From an uncultured Acidobacteriota bacterium (GTDB lineage Bacteria; Acidobacteriota; Terriglobia; Acidiferrales; UBA7541), in NCBI GenBank assembly GCA_963818085.1, contig CAWFQV010000004.1, positions 91,818 to 155,817 on the forward strand: a stretch of DNA of 64,000 nucleotides, read 5' to 3'. The notes under the pieces are model-generated. The model searched no databases. It had not been told where the DNA came from and saw only the letters and a program-made list of their open reading frames with translations. This document shows positions 47,056 through 55,898 of the stretch, one piece after another. Position 1 is the first letter of the stretch. Each line of letters starts with the position of its first letter. The position numbers and the translations under genes were made by a program.

Positions 47056-47829
47056 ATGGCTTCTGCTGACGCAAACCGCATACTGCTCGCGTTGCTATTG
47101 GGAATTACCGCAGCCGGGGCGAACGTGGTGGGCGGCTCGCTGATTGCGCGGGCGAAGTCGCTGCGCCGCTATCTAAAATATTTCATCGCGCTGGGCGCCG
47201 GATTCATGCTGGCTACGGCGCTACTCGAAATGATCCCCGAATCGCTCCGGCTACAGGCTGCGAGCGGTTCCATATTTTCCCCTCGCACGAATTCCGTTTT
47301 CATCTTCGTTCTGGCGGGCTACTTTCTAGTGCATTTTTTCGAGCACACGGTAGCGCCGCACTTTCATTTTGGTGAAGAAACGCACACGGAGGAAATGTCG
47401 CACGCGCATGCGAGTTACGCTGCGCTGCTTGGCCTGGTGATACACACTTTTTTTGATGGCGTCGCGATTGCATCTGGTCTTCTCGTTTCTGCCTCGCTCG
47501 GAGTGGTAATTTTCCTGGCAATATTTCTGCATAAGTTGCCGGAAGGATTTACGGTGGCCTCGCTGATGTTGGCGAGCGGGCAGAGCCGGCGCGCGGCATT
47601 TTTGTCGTCGGCAATACTGGGCGGGGCGACCCTTCTGGGGATGGCTTTGATGTTTGCGCTAGGTAACGTGGTGGGAGAGGCGCTGCCGTTTTCGGCGGGC
47701 GTCACGCTGTATGTTGCGGCGTCGGATTTGATTCCGGAAGTGAACCGGGAACCCGGTCCAGGCATGCCGTTGTTGGTGTTCCTAGGCGTAGCGATTCTGC
47801 TAGGGCTTAAGCTTGTCTTTCACGTGTAA
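47056..47829 (+). CDS. ZIP-family divalent metal transporter
   Basis: 257-aa ORF, 4 nt after ychF. It is multi-TM with a His-rich loop 'HFHFGEETHTEEMSHAH' and 'HTFFDGVAIA', 'HKLPEGFTVASLM'. Confidence 0.88.
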   Translation: MASADANRILLALLLGITAAGANVVGGSLIARAKSLRRYLKYFIALGAGFMLATALLEMIPESLRLQAASGSIFSPRTNSVFIFVLAGYFLVHFFEHTVAPHFHFGEETHTEEMSHAHASYAALLGLVIHTFFDGVAIASGLLVSASLGVVIFLAIFLHKLPEGFTVASLMLASGQSRRAAFLSSAILGGATLLGMALMFALGNVVGEALPFSAGVTLYVAASDLIPEVNREPGPGMPLLVFLGVAILLGLKLVFHV

Positions 47830-47962
47830 GTCCTCTGCGGCTAAATGGCTTAGATTCAGTAACTCATTTCGCGGAGCAGGGTTTACGTATCTCGCACTCC
47901 CTCCATTTTGGCACATTTGTTGACTGCCGCAACTTTAAGTGGCTACAGGTGTTAGGTAGAAT

Positions 47963-48589
47963 GTGGAGGCCATGACCAGGTCTGACGTCCAATTGATGCT
48001 GGACGTGAAGGCTGGGGACGATGCGTCCTTTGACCTTCTACTGCAAAAATATCGCACGCCCCTGGTCAATTTCCTCTATCGGATGGTGAGAGATACGGCA
48101 ACGGCCGAGGATCTGGCGCAAGAAGTTTTCCTGCGGGTATACCGGGCTCGCAAACAGTATTCTCCCAGCGCGAAGTTCACCACCTGGTTGTTCCGCATTG
48201 CGACGAACTTGGCGCTGAATTCGGTGCGGGATAACCGGCATCACCAGAAGGATTTGTCGATCGACGCGGCATCTACTTCGGACGAAGGTGTGGCGCCGAT
48301 GCAGTTGCCGGCGCCGGAGATGCGGATCGACGAGCATATGATCGAACGCGACCGCGCAGATTACATCCGCAAAGTGATTTCGGCGCTGCCGGAAAAACAA
48401 CGCGTTGCGGTTTTGCTGCATAAGTATGAAGAGATGGATTACGCAGAAATTGCAAGAATTTTAGAGTGCTCGGAAAGTGCGTTGAAATCGCTCTTGTTTC
48501 GCGCTTACGAGACCCTGCGAGTGCAGTTGGCGCCGCTCGTTTCGACGTCAGCGCGACGTGCAGGGAAGGAAGCCCAACATGAGATGTGA
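47963..48589 (+). CDS. ECF-subfamily RNA polymerase sigma factor
   Basis: 208-aa ORF (GTG 47963 or ATG 47972). Region 2 'AEDLAQEVFLRVYRA...FTTWLFRIATNLALN', region 4 'LPEKQRVAVLLHKYEEMDYAEIARILECSESALKSLLFRA'. Confidence 0.93.
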   Translation: MEAMTRSDVQLMLDVKAGDDASFDLLLQKYRTPLVNFLYRMVRDTATAEDLAQEVFLRVYRARKQYSPSAKFTTWLFRIATNLALNSVRDNRHHQKDLSIDAASTSDEGVAPMQLPAPEMRIDEHMIERDRADYIRKVISALPEKQRVAVLLHKYEEMDYAEIARILECSESALKSLLFRAYETLRVQLAPLVSTSARRAGKEAQHEM

Positions 48590-49082
48590 AGATGTTTCGA
48601 AGGAACTGATTCCGTACCTGGATCGCCGTGCAAGCTCGGCGGACCGGCATGAAGTGGAAGAGCATCTGGCGGCCTGCGTGGCTTGCCGCACGCGAGCGGA
48701 GGAACTCCGCACGTTGTGGAGCGTACTGGACGAGGTGCCCATCGTCGAGCCATCGCTGGGCTTTGACGCACGCATGCGCGCGCGAATTGCCCAAGAACCG
48801 CAACCTCGCTGGTATCGCTGGTTTGTGCCGCAGCCGCGGTTGGCGATGGCGATGGCTCTGCTGCTGGCGGTAAGTGTTTGGATTACGCGCCTGCCTCAAG
48901 ACAATTCCGGTCTGGCCGGGATTGCGCAAAACGAGCAGCAGCAATTTCAGGTGATTCAGAATCTGGACGTGCTGGAAAATTACGACGTGCTGAGCAAATT
49001 CGACGCGCTGGACGAAGTTCCTGCGGACGAGCAACCGACGCCACAGCCAGACCAGCAAAACGACCAGCAACAACAGGAATAA
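48579..49082 (+). CDS. anti-sigma factor (zf-HC2), single-pass membrane
   Basis: ATG 48579 overlaps the sigma gene end by 11 nt. 'MRCEDVSKELIPYLD...HLAACVACRTR' (H-x3-C-x2-C), one TM ('LAMAMALLLAVSVWI'), and a Gln/Asp-rich tail. Confidence 0.85.
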   Translation: MRCEDVSKELIPYLDRRASSADRHEVEEHLAACVACRTRAEELRTLWSVLDEVPIVEPSLGFDARMRARIAQEPQPRWYRWFVPQPRLAMAMALLLAVSVWITRLPQDNSGLAGIAQNEQQQFQVIQNLDVLENYDVLSKFDALDEVPADEQPTPQPDQQNDQQQQE

Positions 49083-49092
49083 TGGCGAATCG

Positions 49093-49824
49093 ATGAAGCA
49101 GCTGAAACTCATTGGCGGGTTTGTGCTGGCGCTTTTGACGGGACTTGCGGCGCAGCCTGTCTGGGCGCAAAAGCAGCATGGCTCCGCAGCGCCCTCACAT
49201 GCGCCCAGTATGCGAGCGGCAGCACCGCGGCAAGCAGCTCCGGCACGTCCGAATGTGCGTACGGGGCCGCGTCCAAACGCGCCTCGATATAACCCCCGTC
49301 CTAACAACGCGGCACAAAATCAGTCTCGTTCGCAGGCGAATTCCGGCATCACCAGAAACGAAAATAGAGCGAACACGGAGAATCGAGCCATAGCCGGATT
49401 GCCGCCGGGAGTGAGGCAGAATCTACGGGACATGTCGCCGCAGGAGCAGCGGCGCTATTTGCAGAACAATGAGCGGTTCAAGAGTCTTCCGCCACAGCAA
49501 CAGGCTCAGATTCGCAGAAATTATCAGCAGAAGTGGAATAACCTATCGCCCGCTGAGCAGGACAGGCTTACCCATAGTGCAAGAATCTGGCGAAGTTTGT
49601 CTCCCCAGCAGCGCCAGAACGTGCAAAACAATCTTGCTCCCAAGTGGCAAAGAATGTCTCCGGAAAGGAAGCAGATCGTGACGGGGCGGTTGCACACGCT
49701 GCAGGGGATGAGCCCGGCAGAACGGCAGGCCGCGCTCCAAGATCCACAGTTTATGCGCGGATTGAGTCCCGACGAGCAATCCGTCCTGCGCGGGCTCGAT
49801 TCGATCACCCCGGGCCGTCCGTAG
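49093..49824 (+). CDS. DUF3106-like secreted repeat protein
   Basis: 243-aa ORF with a signal peptide ('MKQLKLIGGFVLALLTGLAAQPVWAQ'). It carries six or more reiterations of '(M/L)SP.E(Q/R)..' ('MSPQEQRRYL', 'LSPAEQDRL', 'LSPQQRQNV', 'MSPERKQIV', 'MSPAERQAAL', 'LSPDEQSVL'). Confidence 0.8.
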   Translation: MKQLKLIGGFVLALLTGLAAQPVWAQKQHGSAAPSHAPSMRAAAPRQAAPARPNVRTGPRPNAPRYNPRPNNAAQNQSRSQANSGITRNENRANTENRAIAGLPPGVRQNLRDMSPQEQRRYLQNNERFKSLPPQQQAQIRRNYQQKWNNLSPAEQDRLTHSARIWRSLSPQQRQNVQNNLAPKWQRMSPERKQIVTGRLHTLQGMSPAERQAALQDPQFMRGLSPDEQSVLRGLDSITPGRP

Positions 49825-49848
49825 TCAGATCCGCTCACCGCTTGCGGA

Positions 49849-49923
49849 GATTTCCTCACGCTCTGGAAAGGCGCTGACCCCGACATCCCCATCCTGAAAG
49901 AAGCCAAGGCGGAGTACGCGAAG
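49849..49923 (+). pseudogene. relic of the C-terminus of a larger (TPR/kinase-type) gene
   Basis: It translates to DFLTLWKGADPDIPILKEAKAEYAK, beginning 8 codons after the DUF3106 stop in the same frame. As I remember it, this string is the conserved extreme C-terminus of many large acidobacterial proteins. There is no upstream coding body here. Confidence 0.4.
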
Positions 49924-50228
49924 TCAAGCCCCAGAAGGCCAGTCCGCTCGGTTGTCAGCCAAATACTTGATGTGGGAAGTCCGCTTGGCGTCGTTGAACT
50001 CGGCCGGCGGCGCGAAAGTGCGCTGACGTACCAAGAGAACGACCAGCGTGCAGAATTTTTCTTGCTGTTAACTGTTACAAAACATTTTCTCCACTTTTTT
50101 TGAATCGAGTAACTAGGCCTGCGGAGATCCTTCGCCAGTATCCACCACTAATTGTGGTTTAGTTGCAATCAGTCACAACGACCGATCTTGTTTTCTACAA
50201 AAATCTTTGATTCCATAACGGATTCCTC

Positions 50229-50256
50229 TTGACATGTTTTCGAACCCAACTACAAT
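50229..50256 (+). promoter_or_regulatory. candidate dcw-cluster promoter (Pmra-like)
   Basis: TTGACA (50229-50234), 16-nt spacer, TACAAT (50251-50256). It is preceded by ~170 nt of AT-rich DNA. Confidence 0.65.
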
Positions 50257-50267
50257 CGGGGCACAAA

Positions 50268-50292
50268 GTGGGAAGAAGTGGGACGCAGTGGT
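50268..50292 (+). promoter_or_regulatory. MraZ operator: three direct GTGG(G/T) boxes at 10-nt phasing
   Basis: GTGGGaagaaGTGGGacgcaGTGGT immediately downstream of the -10 element. The arrangement matches the TGGGN / GTGG direct repeats bound by MraZ in E. coli and Mollicutes. Confidence 0.7.
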
Positions 50293-50370
50293 AAAAGCAG
50301 CAAACAGTAGGGGTGAACAAAAGAGTGATTTCTTCGCGGTACAAGCCGGGCGCGGCTTTCAAAGGCACCA

Positions 50371-50808
50371 ATGCTTCGGGGAAACTATCTAGCGACAGTA
50401 GACGAGAAGGGCCGAATGAAAATTCCGGCCGATTTCTTGGCGGAGCTGCGCAAGACAGGCTCGAAGTTTTACGTAACCAGCGAAACCGGTGGTACGGCGC
50501 GCATCTATCCTATGAAGGCGTGGGAAAAGATCGAAGAAAAACTCGCGAAAGTCTCCTCTCACAACCGCTCCAAGCAGAAGTTTTTGGCGCGGGTGAACTA
50601 TTACGGCCAAGTAGTGGAGGTGGATGGGCAGGGGCGCATTCTAATTCCACCAACGCTACGGGAATCAGCGCAAATGAAGGGCGAGGTAGACGTTCAGGGC
50701 CAGCTGACTTACCTGGAAGTCTGGAATCACGCGCAGTTCCTGGAACAACTGAACCGTAACCCTCTGACGGCGGAAGACGAAAAGGAATTGGATCTACTGG
50801 GCATCTAG
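50371..50808 (+). CDS. mraZ: transcriptional regulator MraZ
   Basis: 145-aa ORF. Two SpoVT/AbrB-type halves with DxxxR motifs ('VDEKGRMKIPADF', 'VDGQGRILIPPTL'). Confidence 0.96.
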   Translation: MLRGNYLATVDEKGRMKIPADFLAELRKTGSKFYVTSETGGTARIYPMKAWEKIEEKLAKVSSHNRSKQKFLARVNYYGQVVEVDGQGRILIPPTLRESAQMKGEVDVQGQLTYLEVWNHAQFLEQLNRNPLTAEDEKELDLLGI

Positions 50809-50811
50809 CTT

Positions 50812-51723
50812 TTGAGCGTTCTGCACACGCCGGTTCTGCTGGAAGAAGTTTTGAACTGGTTGCGGATACGGCCAGAGGGCAGCTATGTGGATGCCACGGT
50901 TGGCACGGGCGGGCACACGATTGAAATCGCCCGGCGGCTAACCACCGGGCGGTTAGTGGGGATGGATCGCGATCCGCGCGCGCTGGAAATTGCGCGGGAG
51001 CGATTAGGGCCGCACGAGCGGCAGGTGACCTTGGTGCACGCAGAATTTTCGAAGATCGGCGAAGTGGCGGAAAAGTTGAGTCTTCCTCCGCTGGATGGTG
51101 TGCTAGCCGATCTGGGGATTTCAACTCTCGAGCTGGATACTCCGGAGCGCGGATTTTCGTTTCGTTGGGCCGCGCCGCTGGATATGCGCATGAATCCCGA
51201 CTCGCCGCTGACAGCGGAAGAAATTGTGAACTTCTGGCCGGAGAAAGAGCTGGCCTACCTTCTCTACAAGAACGCCGATGAGAGGGACTCACGCAGAATC
51301 GCCAGAGCAATTGTTCGCGCGCGGCCGATCCGCGACACCGAACATCTGGCAACGGTTGTGGCAGGGGGACGTAAAGCAAGGGGAAGGCAGAGACTGCATC
51401 CCGCGACAAAAACGTTTCTGGCGCTGCGGACAGCGGTGAATCGAGAAGAGGAGGAACTCGGGCAGTTTCTTTCGCGGACCCCTGCCACTTTAGCTTCAGC
51501 GGGACGGTTGATCGTCCTTAGTTACCATTCGCTGGAAGACCGCATGGTGAAGCACGAATTCCAGCGACTTGCGCGCGAAAGAAATTTTCGCGTGCTGACG
51601 AAGAAGGTGATTCAGCCCGCAGAAGAGGAAATCAGAAACAATCCTCGCTCGCGGAGCGCAAAGATGCGCGTGTTAGAGAAAGTGGCGACGGCGGATAGCT
51701 CGGCGCCTGAGGCGTGGTCATGA
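50812..51723 (+). CDS. rsmH: 16S rRNA (cytosine1402-N4)-methyltransferase
   Basis: 303-aa ORF (TTG start). 'HTPVLLEEVL', 'YVDATVGTGGHT', 'GVLADLGISTLELD', 'LVVLSYHSLEDRMVK'-type motif ('LIVLSYHSLEDRMVKH'). Confidence 0.96.
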   Translation: MSVLHTPVLLEEVLNWLRIRPEGSYVDATVGTGGHTIEIARRLTTGRLVGMDRDPRALEIARERLGPHERQVTLVHAEFSKIGEVAEKLSLPPLDGVLADLGISTLELDTPERGFSFRWAAPLDMRMNPDSPLTAEEIVNFWPEKELAYLLYKNADERDSRRIARAIVRARPIRDTEHLATVVAGGRKARGRQRLHPATKTFLALRTAVNREEEELGQFLSRTPATLASAGRLIVLSYHSLEDRMVKHEFQRLARERNFRVLTKKVIQPAEEEIRNNPRSRSAKMRVLEKVATADSSAPEAWS

Positions 51724-52109
51724 TCGAATATCACACAGTAAAACGTATCGACAATTCGCGGCTGGTTCGTCCCGCTTCGCCGGCTCGTGTGCAGGATTTT
51801 TGGCGGCGCGTAGCGGCAGGAGCGGCGATGGCAACCTGTCTGCTGGTTTATACGTGGCAGCATTTCGAATGCATCCAGCTACGGTACGAAGTGGAGCAAC
51901 TAGAATCGCTGCGCGCGCAGAGTTCCGTGCTCAATCAACAACTTCACGTGGAAGTGGACACATTGAGCGCGCCGGACCGCGTTTATTCGATCGCCGGAAA
52001 AGAATTGGGATTGACGGTGCCGGTGGTGGGCCAAGCGCCTACGGTTGCAGCCGAGAGCGATGGAGTGCTAGCACAAGCGCGCCCTATTTCTCAAAACCAG
52101 CGTCCTTGA
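51720..52109 (+). CDS. ftsL: cell division protein FtsL
   Basis: The ATG overlaps the rsmH TGA (ATGA); alternative GTG at 51714. It has a single TM ('AAGAAMATCLLVYTW') followed by a coiled-coil-like segment ('LRYEVEQLESLRAQSSVLNQQLHVEV'). It occupies the canonical position in the dcw cluster. Confidence 0.8.
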   Translation: MIEYHTVKRIDNSRLVRPASPARVQDFWRRVAAGAAMATCLLVYTWQHFECIQLRYEVEQLESLRAQSSVLNQQLHVEVDTLSAPDRVYSIAGKELGLTVPVVGQAPTVAAESDGVLAQARPISQNQRP

Positions 52110-52205
52110 CCGAAATTGGCAGAGGCCCGGCTGACCGGGTCGGACCCCGCGAAGCGTTTCGAACACTCGCGGGGCTAAGTTTTTTGTGGGTTAGGCCGGA
52201 GCATC

Positions 52206-54248
52206 ATGGAGGAGCGCAGCCTGCGTCGACGCTGGTTAGTAGTTGGTATCGTGGCGTTGATTTGGATGGCGGCGGTGCTGTTCCGCCTCAGTTATCTGCA
52301 ACTCGTCTGCTATGCAGAATATTTCGCGAAAGCCCAGCATCAACAACGGCGTGTATTTGAAATAAGCCCGAAACGCGGCGCGATTTATGACCGCAAGGGC
52401 CGCGAACTGGCCATCAGCATCCCGATGGACTCAGTTTTCGGCGATCCCACCGACATCAAAGACGCTTCTCTCGTCGCCGCACTGCTCTCGCGCGTTCTGA
52501 ATATTCCCGCCGTAGACATCGAAACGAAGATACGAGAAGCGAAGACACCGGTCCGTGTGGCCAAGAAGCTTTCGCCGGAAACCGTCCAGCGTATTGACGG
52601 CATGAATTTAAAGGGCGTTTTCTTCCAGAAAGAAAATCGTCGAGTGTATCCCCAGAGACAAAGCCTGGCACACGCACTGGGTTACGTAGATACCGACGAA
52701 AAAGGGATCGGCGGCATCGAATATGTATTCGATAAGCAGATTCGCGGCAAGCCTGGGCGCATGATGGTAATGGCGGACGGCAAACGGCGCTGGTATGACC
52801 GCAGCGAGGCCGCCGCTGATCCCGGTGCGAGCGTGGTTCTCACTCTGGACGAAACCATTCAGTTCATCGCGGAAAAAGAATTAGCTCGCGGCATGGAAGA
52901 GACGCACTCGAAATTTGGGACTGTGGTGATTCAGAATCCAAATACCGGAGAATTGCTGGCGCTGGCGAATTCTCCGACGTTCGATCCGAATGATGCAGGC
53001 AGCTATCCGGATGAAGTGCGTATGGACCGTGCGGTTTCGGCCGCGTACGAACCGGGCTCGACGTTTAAAGTAATCACCATGACGGGCGCGCTGGGGAATG
53101 GTGTCACAGATCCGGATGAGCTCATCGATTGTCAGATGGGATCGATCGTTGTAGCCGGGCGGCTGATTCATGACTGGCATCCCTTCGGAATTCTAAGCGT
53201 GCGTGACGTGCTGGCGAATTCCAGCGATGTTGGATCGATCAAGGTGGCCATGCGGCTGGGCGCTCCGAGGTTCTACGATGTAATGCATTCGTTTGGAATC
53301 GGGCAGTTGACGGGTATCGAATTGCCGGGCGAAAACCGCGGGATATTGCGTCCCGTGGAGAGCTGGATCGCTAGCTCAATCGGGTCGGTGGCCATCGGAC
53401 AGGAAGTTAGCGTAACGCCGGTGCAGATCATTTCTGCGATTTCGGCGGTGGCGAACGGGGGCATGCTCTACAAGCCTCGAATTGTGAAAGAAATTCAAGG
53501 CGGGTCGCCACCGCTGGTTGTTTCACATCCTGCTCCGCAACAGGTAACGGATGCGACGACGGCAGCGACTGTGCGCGGGATGATGGAGACAGTAGTGCTG
53601 AGGGGGACCGGAAAGTTGGCACAGCTGAATGGATATACGGCAGCGGGTAAGTCGGGAACCGCGCAAGAGATCGATCCCAATACCGGCCGTTACTCGCCGA
53701 ATAAATATATTGCTTCGTTTGTCGGGTTTGCGCCGGTGAATGAGCCGGCAATGACTATTCTGATTGTGTTCGATTCTCCGGAGGGAGCGCACCACGGGGG
53801 CGAAATCGGCGGACCTGTGTTCAAACGCATTGCGGAACAGGTGCTTGCGTATATGGATGTGGACCAGGACATCCCGGGGGCTTCGAGCGTGGAGACGGCG
53901 AAGAATTTGAAACACGCGCACGAACCGGAAGAGGATACCAGCGCAGGAATTAATGAGGCGCGTTTCAACGCAGCGAAAGATCAGCCGGATTCTTTGGCGA
54001 CCAGTTCGGTCGTGATTCGTGATGAGGATGCCTTGGTGGTTCCGGACTTAGCGGGGCAGACCGTGCGAGGTGTAACGGAAGAATGTTCGCGGCTGGGCCT
54101 GGTGCCGTCGCTGATTGGCAGCGGAGTTGCGTTGCAACAGTCGCCGGAGGCAGGGACACGCGTGGCGCGGGGAAGCCGCGTGGCGGTCCGGTTCGGCCCC
54201 ATGGTGGCGGATGCGCGATCAAAAGAGATGCAAAGGAATGTAAATTGA
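52206..54248 (+). CDS. ftsI: penicillin-binding protein FtsI (PBP3-type transpeptidase) with C-terminal PASTA domain
   Basis: 680-aa ORF with an N-terminal TM. 'GSTFK' (SxxK), 'SSD', 'KSGTA' (KSG). The C-terminal ~55 aa 'VVPDLAGQTVRGVTEECSRLGLVPSLIGSGVALQQSPEAGTRVARGSRVAVRFG' fits the PASTA pattern. Confidence 0.93.
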   Translation: MEERSLRRRWLVVGIVALIWMAAVLFRLSYLQLVCYAEYFAKAQHQQRRVFEISPKRGAIYDRKGRELAISIPMDSVFGDPTDIKDASLVAALLSRVLNIPAVDIETKIREAKTPVRVAKKLSPETVQRIDGMNLKGVFFQKENRRVYPQRQSLAHALGYVDTDEKGIGGIEYVFDKQIRGKPGRMMVMADGKRRWYDRSEAAADPGASVVLTLDETIQFIAEKELARGMEETHSKFGTVVIQNPNTGELLALANSPTFDPNDAGSYPDEVRMDRAVSAAYEPGSTFKVITMTGALGNGVTDPDELIDCQMGSIVVAGRLIHDWHPFGILSVRDVLANSSDVGSIKVAMRLGAPRFYDVMHSFGIGQLTGIELPGENRGILRPVESWIASSIGSVAIGQEVSVTPVQIISAISAVANGGMLYKPRIVKEIQGGSPPLVVSHPAPQQVTDATTAATVRGMMETVVLRGTGKLAQLNGYTAAGKSGTAQEIDPNTGRYSPNKYIASFVGFAPVNEPAMTILIVFDSPEGAHHGGEIGGPVFKRIAEQVLAYMDVDQDIPGASSVETAKNLKHAHEPEEDTSAGINEARFNAAKDQPDSLATSSVVIRDEDALVVPDLAGQTVRGVTEECSRLGLVPSLIGSGVALQQSPEAGTRVARGSRVAVRFGPMVADARSKEMQRNVN

Positions 54249-54256
54249 GATTTGTC

Positions 54257-55816
54257 ATGGAGCAGGGGACGGACGCGAACTTGGGAGGCGGCCGGGAGCG
54301 GCAGAAGGGACGCGAGATAGGCCTGCAGGAATTGGTTCAACGGATTGAGCGAGTCGGGACCAGCGGAGCTACAAACCCCAAAATCCTTTCCGTGGCGTGC
54401 GACAGCCGTAAAGTTACGTCGGGTGCACTTTTTTTTGCCTTGCCGGGGCAGAAGACGGACGGCAACACATTTGTAAGCGATGCGATCGCGCGCGGAGCGG
54501 TCGCAATTGCCAGCGCCGAGCCGTGCAACGCCGATACCAGCGCCAGGATCACTTGGGTGCAACTGGTGCCTGGTACAGAGCGACGCGCTCTAGCTATAGC
54601 GGCTGCGAACTATTACGGGCATCCGGCGAAGGCGCTGAAACTTGTGGGAGTGACTGGGACAAACGGGAAAACAACTACAACTTTTTTGGTGGATTCGATT
54701 TTGCACGCTGCGGGATTTACGACCGGGCGCATTGGCACGACCGGTTACCAGACTCCGCGGGGCGCCCGCAACGCCGTCAATACCACGCCTGAATCGCTAG
54801 ATTTGCAGGAAATGTTCGCGGAAGTGCGCGATGCGGGCGGGACACACGTCCTGCTGGAGGTTAGTTCGCACTCGCTCGCCATGGAGCGAGTGTGGGGATG
54901 CCACTTCGCTGTTGCGATTTTTACGAACCTTACGCGCGACCATCTTAATTTTCATAAAACATTTGAAGACTATTTTGCGGCAAAGCGCCGGTTGTTTGAA
55001 GGAATGGGCGCGGGGGCACCGGATGTCGCGGTGATCAATGCAGATGATCCTTATTCGCCGCGGCTGGAAGGCCTTGCGAAACGCACTCTGAAATATGATC
55101 TGAATGGGGCAGGGGAACTGACGGCAAAAACATTTTCGCTGAGATTTGACGGTCTTTCGTTCACAGCACAAACGCCGGTTGGGAAGATCGAAGTGCGCTC
55201 TTCACTGGTGGGACGCATCAACGTGTACAACATTTTGAGCGCGATCGCCGCGGCCATCGCGCTTGAAATTCCGCAAGACAAAATTGAAGAGGGTATCGCA
55301 AATCTGGAATCGGTGCCTGGACGTTTCCAACAAATTGACGAAGGGCAGCCCTTTTTGGTGGTAGTGGATTACGCGCATGCAGACGATGCCATTCGCAACC
55401 TGATTACCACGGCGCGCGAACTGAATCCGTGCGGGCGGATCATCACGCTTTTCGGAGCGGGAGGAGAAAGGGATCGATCGACTCGGCCGCTGATGGGCGA
55501 AGCGGCGGGCGCGCTGAGCGATTTGGTGATTCTTACCGATGACAATCCGCGGAAAGAAGACCCACTGCTGATCATGAATGATGTGGTTGTGGGATTGCAG
55601 AAAGTGAATGCGAAGTATCGGATCGAGCCGGACCGTGAAATGGCGTTGGAGATGGCCATCGACGAGGCGCAGCCTGGAGACATCGTGCTGCTGGCCGGCA
55701 AGGGCCACGAGAATTATCAAATTTTACGCGACCGCACGTTTGAGTTTGACGACCGAGAAATGGCCCGAGCGATTTTGCGACGCAGAGGATATTCGAAGAA
55801 AAGTGCCAAAAAGTAG
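54257..55816 (+). CDS. murE: UDP-N-acetylmuramoyl-L-alanyl-D-glutamate--2,6-diaminopimelate ligase
   Basis: ORF opens at 54083 inside ftsI. The first ATG after the ftsI stop is 54257. 'VACDSRKVTSGALFFALPG', 'GVTGTNGKTTTTF', 'DYAHADDA', 'DNPRKEDP'. Confidence 0.93.
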   Translation: MEQGTDANLGGGRERQKGREIGLQELVQRIERVGTSGATNPKILSVACDSRKVTSGALFFALPGQKTDGNTFVSDAIARGAVAIASAEPCNADTSARITWVQLVPGTERRALAIAAANYYGHPAKALKLVGVTGTNGKTTTTFLVDSILHAAGFTTGRIGTTGYQTPRGARNAVNTTPESLDLQEMFAEVRDAGGTHVLLEVSSHSLAMERVWGCHFAVAIFTNLTRDHLNFHKTFEDYFAAKRRLFEGMGAGAPDVAVINADDPYSPRLEGLAKRTLKYDLNGAGELTAKTFSLRFDGLSFTAQTPVGKIEVRSSLVGRINVYNILSAIAAAIALEIPQDKIEEGIANLESVPGRFQQIDEGQPFLVVVDYAHADDAIRNLITTARELNPCGRIITLFGAGGERDRSTRPLMGEAAGALSDLVILTDDNPRKEDPLLIMNDVVVGLQKVNAKYRIEPDREMALEMAIDEAQPGDIVLLAGKGHENYQILRDRTFEFDDREMARAILRRRGYSKKSAKK

Positions 55817-55898
55817 CCGTTTCGGCGCGAAATTGCAGTTCTAAGAAGCATTTTTGAAATTACTTTTTGAGAGCGATCATTAGCCCATTGGAGACGCA

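Noticed and set aside
48273-49307. 344-codon antisense ORF spanning the sigma, anti-sigma and DUF3106 genes.
   Set aside because: It crosses three well-supported sense genes and their junctions. The composition is low-complexity Arg/Ala/Pro/Leu, and it has no start context.
50510-51409. 299-codon antisense ORF over mraZ and rsmH. Similar cases are 20133-20849 and 21039-21473 antisense to groEL, 17661-18742 antisense to the ADOP gene, and 12761-13950 antisense to the YXWGXW gene.
   Set aside because: All are embedded in genes with unambiguous family signatures on the other strand. All translate to Arg/Pro/Ser/Ala-rich strings without motifs.
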